Shown here in pieces: positions 1 through 64,000 of a stretch of 64,000 bases of DNA. Position numbers and translations under genes: made by a program. Every line of letters begins with the position of its first letter. Position 1 is the stretch's first letter. The DNA lies in NCBI RefSeq assembly GCF_006345805.1, contig NC_042999.1:4340001-4404000 (forward strand), written 5' to 3'. The notes under the pieces were generated by a model. The model was not told where the DNA came from. It saw only the letters and a list, made by a program, of their open reading frames with translations, and did no database searches. This stretch comes from Octopus sinensis. Lineage: Eukaryota.

Positions 1-224
1 CTTGACATATTCTGTGTCACACTAAATCTCCCCGAGAACTACATTAAGGGTACATGTGCCTGTAGAGTGCTCAATCACTTGCACATTAATTTGACGATCA
101 AATCAATTGGAACCCTTATTGTAACTGATAGAGTGCCAGTTATAGTTATGTATTTATATATATATATATAAAACATCATCATCATCATCATCGTTTAACG
201 TCCGTTTTCCATGCTAGCATGGGT

Positions 225-279
<55 letters not shown>

Positions 280-403
280 GGAGTAAACACATACATGTGA
301 AACAAGGTGGAAAAAAGAGTACTCAAATACCAGTGGTAGAGTAATATGCTTTATTTAAAGCAGCAGAAAATTCAACAAAACCTGTTACTCTGCTTTAAAT
401 AAA

Positions 404-436
<33 letters not shown>

Positions 437-1105
437 AGGCCCAAAATATTAGATTCTCTTCTACTCACACAGCAAATGAATTTACTAAATTCTCTTGTCT
501 GTCATTATGTTTTTGTAACTGTAAAAAAATCTGGATCAAAAGGAAATTAATAAAACCAACTGAATCATGCCTACTTCAATCATTTAATCCTTTGTTTATT
601 ATATCGATAAGTAGTAGGAAAAACATCGACTTAGCCACCTTTCAGTCTAGACACTTTTTGTCATGACCTGTTTCATATATTGCAAGTTATATTTGACTTC
701 TTTCTATTGTAATTATCATTTAGAAGCCATACCCAACATCTGAAACCACTTTGTTATTCTCATCTTTTTCATCTTTCATTTATATTCATAACTCCGGTCA
801 TTGTTAAATTATTATTTTATGTTCATGAAGTGGAAGCATGGTTGTGTGGTTGATCAAAACATTCACTTCCCAACCACATGGCAGTGATGGCGATGGTGGT
901 GGTGGTGGTGGTGGTGGTGGTGGTGGTGGTGTTCTCAACAATGTCAAGCCACGGGAAAATTATTACCTTTGGTGGCAGTAAAGTATTTCTTGATGTTAAA
1001 CAACAGGTGAGGGTTGGTAACAGGAAAAGCACCTCGCCATAGAAAAGACACCTTGACAAAGTCCTGGCAAAGCAAGCATAAAATAATGATGATGATGATA
1101 ACAAA

Positions 1106-1314
1106 TAGTTAGTTAGTTAATTTTTGGCTCAAAAGCAAATAGCAAGGCCATGTAGGGGGACATGGAGTTAAGTACAGAGTGGTGTTCATGTAAAGAGTTC
1201 AGGCCACTTGAGGTCAAGGGAGACTTTGAACAAAGCGGTCGTCGGCATCTTCACCATCTCGTCTGGCAGCTTGTTCCGCGGATCCGCAACCCGGACGGAG
1301 AAAGCTCCTCTCCT
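1106..1314 (-). mobile_element. CR1-clade LINE 3' end with (TAAC)n tail
   Basis: Minus strand ...FSVRVADPRNKLPDEMVKMPTTALFKVSLDLKWPELFT*; same family as 13661-14022. Confidence 0.75.
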
Positions 1315-2408
1315 TCATATAGTATTATATTTCTAACTTTAATGCCATTTATTCATAAAGTACGACTGTATGAACAACATGAGCCAGGTTTTAAATATCT
1401 TCTTCAAAACTGCAGCAAATTCACAAGCCGTGTTTTTACTTGACCTTTTGTATTCCTCCAGATTTTGTTTGGAACCTGTCTGTTGCATTAGTGTTCATCT
1501 GTTATAAAATTCAAAGCAATTGCCTTGTTTGTGAGCACAATATGAACCAGTATTGGGATATGGATTTATGAGCTACAATTCCAAAACCCAACTGAGATGC
1601 AAAAAGCCTCACAATCATAAGCAGATTGCTGCAGTGAACATTGTTATGAACTAGATCTTGACCCTTTCACCACCCCAGTACCTGACCTTCACTCAGAAGC
1701 TGTAAGAGGCTGACCTCAATAACAAGTTTGAATGCATATTCTTCACTAGGTCACTTCATCTAGAGGGAAAAGAAAAAGAAGAATGAGTGGAAGAAGAAGA
1801 AGAAGACAGTGATGACAGAACAAAAAGTAAAAACAAATATGATGATGATGATGATGCTAGATGAAGATCATATGTCTTACAAGGAGAAAATTATAATTGT
1901 AGTAGAGATAATAGATTAGAGAATAGAATGATAATGAGGGGAAAAGATGTTGGGAGGATGGAGAGGAAAGATGAAGGAGATGCTAGCATTTTATCTGAGC
2001 CATTATTATACATGTGTGTGTGTTTGTGTATGTGTGAGTGAGGCAGGATGTGTGTTTGTGTCTGAATGCGTGTAGATGCATTTGTCTGGATCTTCAACTC
2101 AATCAATAGAGAAGAGCAGACACAAAGAAGATGTGTGAGACTGGAGTGTTTGCTTGTTGTTTTGTGTTTAGTTTCAGATACAGTTTCACTATGTCTACAT
2201 TTTTTTTTTTAGTCTTTTTTCTTTTATATTCATACAGTAAGTATCAATCTATATATATATACACATGTCTGTACAAAGCAAAAGTAAATACCTCTAATAA
2301 CGTTTTGTCAATGCATAGACATCCTTGTATGAAGTTTTGATCAAACATAAAGCTTGCAATTATGAGATGATTGCCAATATGACTATATATGTATATATAA
2401 ATATGTAT

Positions 2409-4491
2409 ATCATCATCATCATCATCATCATTTAGCGTCCGTTTTCCATGCTAGCATGGGTTGGACGGTTCAACTGGGGTCTGGGGAGCCCGAAGGCTGC
2501 ACCAGGCCAGTCAGATCTGGCAGTGTTTCTACAGCTGGATGCCCTTCCTAACGCCAACCACTCCGAGAGTGTAGTGGGTGATTTTATGTGCCACCGACAC
2601 AGGTGCCAGACGAGGCTGGCGAACGGCCACGCTCGGATGGTGTTTTTATGTGCCACCGACACAGGTGCCAGACGAGGCTGGCAGACGGCCACGCTCGGAT
2701 GGTGTTTTTATGTGCCACCGACACAGGTGCCAGATGAGGCTGGCAGGTGCCAGACGAGGCTGGCAGACGGCCACGCTCGGATGGTGTTTTTATGTGCCAC
2801 CGCCACCGACACAGGTGCCAGATGAGGCTGGCGGACGGCCACGATCGGATGGTGTTTGTTACGTCCCCAAAGCACGGAGGCCAGTCTATGCGGTACTGGC
2901 TACGGCCACGTTCGGATGATTTTCTTGTGTGCCACCGGCACTGGTACCACAAAGATACAAATTCCATTTATGTTCATCTATTTTGATTTGTTTTGATTTG
3001 ATTTTGATTTTCACTTGCCTCAACAGGTCTTCACAAGTGTCACTTGCCTCAACAGGTCTTCACAAGTGTCACAAGAAGGAAGGTATGCACAGGTGGACTG
3101 TCTACGTCGCCGGGTCTTCGGATGGTGTCTTTATGTGCCACCGACACAGGTGCCAGATGTGGCTGGCGAACGGCCACGATCGGATGGTTTTCTTGTGTGC
3201 CACCGGTACTGGAACCACAAAGATACAAATTCCATTGATGTTCATCTATTTTGATTTGGTTTGATTTTCACTTGCCTCAACAGGTCTTCACAAGTGTCAC
3301 GCGTGTCACACACTTGCCTCAACAGGTCTCCACAAGTGTCACACACTTGCCTCTGCCTCAACAGGTCTTCACAAGTGTCACACACTTGCCTCTGCCTCAA
3401 CAGGTCTTCACAAGTGTCATAAGAGGGAAGGTATGCACAGGTGGACTGACTACGTCGCCGGGTCTTTGGATGGTGTTTTTATGTGCCACCGACACAGGTG
3501 CCAGGTGAGGCTGGCGAACGGCCACGATCAGATGGTGTTTGTTGTGCCCACAGCACGGAGGCCAGTCGATGCGGTACCAGCTACGGCCACTTCGGATGTT
3601 TTTCTTGTGTGCCACCGGTACTGGAACCACAAAGATACAAATTCCATTGATATTCATCTATTTTGATTTGGTTTGATTTGATTTTGATTTGATTTTTTTG
3701 ATTTTCACTTGCCTCAACAGGTCTTCACAAGTGTCACACACTTGCCTCAACAGGTCTTCACAAGTGTCATAAGAGGGAAGGTATGCACAGGTGGACTGAC
3801 TACGTCGCCGGGTCTTCGGATGGTGTCTTTATGTGCCACCGACACAGGTGCCAGATGAGGCTGGCGAACGGCCACGATCGGATGGTGTTTGTTGTGCCCC
3901 TTCGGATGGTTTTCTTGTGTGCCACCGGTACTGGAACCACAAAGATACAAATTCCATTGATATTCATCTATTTTGATTTGGTTTGATTTGATTTTGATTT
4001 GATTTTCACTTGCCTCAACAGGTCTTCACAAGTGTCACACACTTGCCTCAACAGGTCTTCACAAGTGTCATAAGAGGGAAGGTATGCACAGGTGGACTGA
4101 CTACGTCGCGGGTCTTCGGATGGTGTCTTTATGTGCCACCGGCACAGGTGCCAGATGAGGCTGGCGAACGGCCACGATCGGATGGTGTTTGTTGTGCCCA
4201 CAGCACGGAGGCCAGTCGATGCGGTACTGGTTACGGCCACGTTTGGGTGGTTTTCTTGTGTGCCACCGGCACTGGTACCACAAAGAATACAATTCCACTG
4301 ATGTTCATCTATTTTGATTTGTTTTGATTTGATTTGATTTTCACTTGCCTCAACAGGTCTTCATAAGTGTCACAAGAAGGAAGGAAGGAAGGTATGCACA
4401 GGACTGACTACGTCCCAGGTCGGGGCCACGGGTTATGGCCTGACTAGTCTTGCCGGGTCTTCTCATGCACAGCATACTTCCATAGGTCTCG
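2409..4491 (-). mobile_element. 5'-truncated RTE-clade LINE 3' end with tandemly expanded 3' UTR and (ATG)n tail
   Basis: Minus strand begins with the ORF end RDLWKYAVHEKTRQD*, then about five modules of GTGCCACCGRCAC units, (TTGAT)n and CACTTGCCTCAACAGGTCTT; ends in (GAT)n. Same 3' end follows an RTE-like ORF end at 16070-16570. Confidence 0.7.
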
Positions 4492-4866
4492 TCGGAAAAT
4501 GAAACATCGGATTCATTATCAAATACCACGTGCTTTTTTTTTCAGTCATAGAGTTAGATTTATCAAGGTCTTCAGTAGAAAATCCTTCGAATTCTGACTT
4601 GCTGCTTGATATAATGAAATTCGTATCCATTTTTTGTCAGAATTACAAATTTTGAAAAAACAATAGGAACAAATTTCGGAAAAAATCTCCCAAAATTGTA
4701 GATGAACTGTTTACGAAGTATAATCACGTGTTTTCACGAATGTACTAAAGAGATTTGTTCTGATATTCTCATTTAAATATGAATAGCTAATTGCGGGCGG
4801 TTTTGGGCGGCTTGGTCACATGAACCAAAATTTTTTTCGGGCGGCTTTGGGCGGTTTGGTAACGAA

Positions 4867-4906
<40 letters not shown>

Positions 4907-5157
4907 GTATGTATATATTCATTCAGTTTCAATAATTTTCTTTTTCTTTTTTTTTTTGTCTCTTCTGCATATTACTTTATTCTCCTTATTATTTCTCTCC
5001 AATCTGCTATCATTCTCCTCTTCTCTTCTCTCTGTATTCATTCCAAGCAACTTCACTTTTTGCTTTCTCTGTTAACGTCTTTCTTTCGACAGACTTTTCA
5101 CATCTTCCATCTTTTCCGAAATATAATTCACAAACTAATGTACCATTTCATTTGCAG

Positions 5158-59350
<54,193 letters not shown>

Positions 59351-59854
59351 GTAAGCATATTTTATTTATATTCTTTTTATTTTATTTATTAAGGAAGCAA
59401 AGAAGTGTCCATGGCCTTTATAGGCCCTCTCAGACTAATTAGAATGATGTGGTAGATGTTTGTTTTGAAATTTACCCAGAAATGTTTGCAGAGGAAGATA
59501 TGGGAAGGAAGGGTGAATTCCAGAAGGCTGCAGTTCTGGAGATGAAGAATTTGGAAAAGTGTTTGGTGTAAGACCTATAATGGTGAAACATATTGGAGAT
59601 GCTGAAAGGATGCTAAACGAATACATCTGCTTGGTTTGGAAAGTGATGTTACACAGCCTGTTTGTTCAAATGCTCAGAAGCGGTTGTAGCAGCAGTATAG
59701 AAAAAGAAAATAAAAGAAAAGAGATATTTATGATCCTAGTGTTAGTTGTCTTGGTAACAGTTTTACTATTTCTTGTGTGGTTTGATTTTGATTTTATTTC
59801 TAGCATTTTATATTATGTTTTTAAGAGAAGCAGATTTCTTTACTTCCATCAAAT

Positions 59855-59885
<31 letters not shown>

Positions 59886-60339
59886 GTTTAGCGTCCGCTT
59901 TCCATGCTGGCATGGGTTGGATGGTGCAACTGGGGTCTGGGAAGCCAGAAGGCTGCACCAGGCCCAGTCTGATCTGGCAATGTTTCTACAGCTGGATGCC
60001 CTTCCTAACGCCAACCACTCTGAGAGTGTAGTGGGTGCTTTTTACGTGCCACCTGCACAGGTGCCAGACAAGTCTGGCAAACGGCCACGATCGGATGGTG
60101 CTTTTTATGTGCCACCGGCACGGAAGCCAGTCAGGGCGGCACTGGCAATGGCTACATTCGGATGGTTCTCTTATGTGCCACCAGCACTGATATCACAGTG
60201 ACAATTTCCATTCATGTTGCAGGTACTCTACAATTATTTGGACCCTGAGTTTTCGACACTACGTAAAGCTTCAAAACGTTAAGCTACTTCTTTTCCTCAC
60301 CAAATCCTTTTTATTTTTTCAGTATTCCAAAACTTATTA

Positions 60340-60530
60340 GCTTATTGGGTCTTGACGAGCATGGAAACAATTAATATGAGAGAAAAGCTGGGCATAAGAG
60401 AGATTAAATGTAGCATGCAAGAGACAGGATTATGTTGGTTTGGACATTTGATGCGTATCAATGAGGACAGCTTCATAAAGAAGTGCTGATCACTAAAAGT
60501 GGACAGTACCCACAAAAGAGGGAACATGGA
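60340..60530 (+). mobile_element. RTE-like LINE RT C-terminal fragment, degenerate
   Basis: INMREKLGIREIKCSMQETGLCWFGHLMRINEDSFIKKC, matching the (LR)WFGHxxR motif. Confidence 0.6.
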
Positions 60531-61285
60531 GCATGGACGCTAAATTATTATTATTATTATTGAGGAGAGAGCAGTGCATGCTATCAAAGTGACACTGGGG
60601 TAAAATATACGAAACCCAGTATACCCATCATGACTACCCATCTGATAAGGGTACACCAGGCACATGCATCAGAAGCATATGTGCACGACATGGTGATCTA
60701 ATATCAAGATAAACAGTACATGACCTTGCAGGTGGGGCCCAGTTAGAATTTTCTTCAGGTTGAGTAGCCCATCCCACTCAAAAGGTCTCTGAATAAGGGT
60801 TGTTTAAGGATGTTGAAACCTCCATTTTTACAGAGGTGAGTTATTCAAACCCCAACGAATCCCTCTCAACACACGGCTATGATGCTCCCCCACTACTTCT
60901 GCTCATGATCAGAGATGCACATATCGTCAGGCACTAAAGGACATTCTCAACTGGTTATGGTCAAACAAATGACAAGCAAATCTGTGGTATTGAGCAGAAT
61001 ATTTGCAGTAGACCATCTTTTATACCAGAACAAAATATGTGCATGATAACACTTCCAATCAGTTAATATCAGAAGCCATGAAAGCTTTATTATTATTATT
61101 ATTGTTGTTGTTGTTGTTGTTGTTGTTATCATTGTTATTATCTTAATGGTTATAATAATTAAATAACAAAGTTATAGTAATGCAAGCATGGCACTGGTTT
61201 CCAGCCAGGTTACATGTAGTGCTATAGATGGGTTTTCTTGATATTGTCTATTAAACAAAGAAAACGTTAAAAACATTAGTTCATA

Positions 61286-61688
61286 GGCACAGGAGTGGCT
61301 GTGTGGTAAGTAGCTTGCTTACCAACCACATGGTTCCGGGTTAAGTCCCACTGCGTGACATCTTGGGCAAGTGGCTTCTGCTATAGCCCCGGGCCGACCA
61401 ATGCCTTGTGAGTGGATTTGGTAGATGGAAACTGAAAGAAGCCTGTCGTATATATGTATATATATATATATGTATGTGTGTCTGTGTTTGTCCCCCCACC
61501 AACATCGCTTGACAACCGATGCTGGTGTGTTTATGTCCCCGTCACTTAGCGGTTCGGCAAAAGAGACCGATAGAATAAGTACTGGGCTTACAAAGAATAA
61601 GTCCCAGGGTCGATTTGCTCGACTAAAGGCGGTGCTCCAGCATGGCCGCAGTCAAAATGACTGAAACAAGTAAAAGAGTAAAGAGTAA
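61286..61688 (+). mobile_element. Family B SINE, full length
   Basis: Same head, CORE-like segment and (AAAGAGT)n tail. Confidence 0.85.
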
Positions 61689-64000
61689 ATTACTAAAATG
61701 TTTCTATAAATGTACTCCCCCCCCCACCACCACCACCACCACCACCACCATCTATTCTCACTGAATAACATCACAAAAAGAAAATCCCTATTGTAATAAC
61801 CCAAGAAAACAGAAAAAAATTTTATATAAAAATCAGTGGAAAATTTTAACAATGTTTTCACATATTCATTTTTTATATCAGTAAAATGGTTTCTGATTTA
61901 GGGCACAAAACCATCGATTTTGAGATGAGGAGAGTTAGTTAGCATCATTAATCCCAGTATTTGACTGGCACTATATTATATGAAAGATAATGTTAGCCTC
62001 ATCAGAATTTAAACTTAGAATGTAAAAAACCAGAACAAATATGCAAGCATCTTTTCTGATGTTCTAACAGTTCTGCCAACTTGCCACTCTTCTTTGTTAG
62101 TAAAATAGAAAATTAAAAGCAAATATATATATTATAAGGTCAATAATGATCACCTAAATTATACAGTAAAATACCTATGTTTCTTTTTGGGTCAATCTTC
62201 ATCATCATCATTTACCATCCATTTTCCATGCTGGCATGGGTTGGACAGTTTGACAGGAGCTGGCACCAGGCTCCATTGTCTGTTTTGGCATGGTTTCTAC
62301 GGCTGGATGCCCTTCATAATGTCAACCACTTGCAGGGTGTACTGGGTGCTTTTTACATGGCACCAGCACTAGTGTCTATTTATGTGGCACCAGTGCTAAT
62401 AGGGCCACCAAGTACCTTGCAAGACAAAAATTCTTTAACTGGGAGTGCGGAGTAGTATTGAGGGTGTATCGCTTTGTGCTAGTTGAGAGATTCAAGGTAA
62501 AGAGGAGACAGATAACGGTGTCTTGCTATAGAGTAGATACATGGATACTCCAGTTGGAAAAGGAAGGAGAGTGGGTTAGAGAGTAAGATAAAGAGAGCAA
62601 TAGTGAGAGTGATGGTAGTGAAGATGTGTCAGGACATGCATTTGAGGAACGTTGGTGAAGTGAGAATAGGTGAGGTGATACAGAGGTTTGGACTGAGTGA
62701 GTGAGCAGGATTGAGGTGACTGTCGCAAATGGTGGAGAGAAATGTAGGAGAGGCTTGGGGCGGGGATTGTGGTAGATATATGAGGGTATTGATAAACACT
62801 GATATCACTGAATTAGCTCTTTCTATTTATTTATTTTACTTAATTTAACATAGAAATATCTCCCATAAAATTTTAGAATTCCTTTTTGCTATAATACACC
62901 ATGAAGTCCCTGATGAAATCTAAGTGCCAAATATTTTATGAAAACTGAACTTAGACGTAAAGTAGGCATTTATGCATCATAACCATTATAAGGTCTTTAT
63001 TATGGACGATAGAATCTTTTATACTTACCATAAAGACTCTCCTATAAACTGCAGATAGAATCACTGCAGTGTTAATGCTCATCATAAGATTTCTACTGTA
63101 ATTTAATATGAGGTGAAGTTCATTAAAAACGTAAATTTACTCTTTCTTTTCTTTTTTTTTTTACCTTCTCACTAATTACTCTCCATTTCCAAAAAGTATA
63201 TAATATTTCCGAGCTATGTTCATGGGAAAATATCTGATTGAGACAGTTTAATGATTTTTATCAGCTATTCAAAAGCAGAGATGTTAAAATCATTTATTAA
63301 CCTGATTATATTGCTTGATGGGAAAAATATTTCAGTCTCAATTTTTTTTGCATTTATTTTTTTTTTACATTTTTTTTTTTGCATCAGTGACTGTTGAAAT
63401 TTTATTTTACTCATCTTCCTAGTTTCAATAATATAAAAATCGAGAGACCATAAAAATTGTCTTATTGTTGAAATGTTTCATCAAACATTAACTATATAGT
63501 GTTTGTTTCATTTTACTATTTATTATAAAACATTAGCTAAACACTTGCTCATATGAAATAAATGATTGATAAACAGTCACTGTTTAAATATATTTAATAA
63601 TTCAGTTGACATAATTTCCAGGGTTTCTTTCTTTCTATTTAGCATTGATTGCATGTTTTAAAAATCAATTTCAGTATGCTAATATATCATTTAGTCTTCT
63701 ATGTTCTTCAGTGTTATTTCATAGTATCTATACTCCACTATGCCATTCAATATTCTGTATTTATCCAGTATTGTCCTAGTTGCAGATATACAAAATCCTA
63801 GGAAACAACATTCCTGTTATGTTAAAAGAAAAACACTCGCACATACATATTAACCACATTTATCGTCATCCACAGCATCGCCAATCTTTTTTTAAAATCA
63901 ATGCTCTAGATCTAATGATAGTGTACCAATTGTGCTCCATCAATATTATCACTAAAAGTATCTTTGATAGCATTTTAAAATGTTGCTCCTGCTCTTATAA

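Noticed and set aside
2580-4400. CRISPR-like repeat array
   Set aside because: Units are degenerate and abut without unique spacers, there are no cas genes, and the context is a eukaryotic LINE 3' UTR.
4545-4625. Candidate extra alpha2delta exon after a T-rich ...TTTCAG
   Set aside because: Translation has no alpha2delta similarity and the donor is weak; lies within a probable transposon fragment.
59351-64000. Next alpha2delta exon
   Set aside because: AG-preceded candidates near 60323, 63175 and 63421 hit stops quickly or are LINE-derived; the next exon probably lies beyond the window.

Overview
AT-rich, microsatellite- and repeat-dense animal genomic DNA. The SINE/LINE repertoire looks coleoid cephalopod, probably Octopus (inference). 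The whole window is the interior of one + strand gene for a voltage-gated calcium channel alpha-2/delta subunit (alpha2delta-3/4-like). Eight short GT-AG exons (5158-59350) splice in frame to 220 aa covering the end of the VWA domain and the dCache region; neither start nor stop lies in the window. None of the supplied six-frame ORFs is an intact gene by itself: they are microsatellite read-throughs or transposon remnants. The introns hold fragments of RTE, CR1 and R4/Dong LINEs, three tRNA-derived SINE families, Tc1/mariner, hAT, TTAA-type and Helentron-like elements, and a 690-bp tandem duplication. Two observations stand out. (1) Several (TA)n-embedded fold-back elements carry minimal type I hammerhead ribozymes of the Penelope-like kind, including a 300-bp palindrome with an intact hammerhead on each strand. 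Other fold-backs break at hammerhead remnants. (2) The conserved VWA cysteine of the WMAC(A/E)NKG motif, which links alpha2 to delta, is Gly here.
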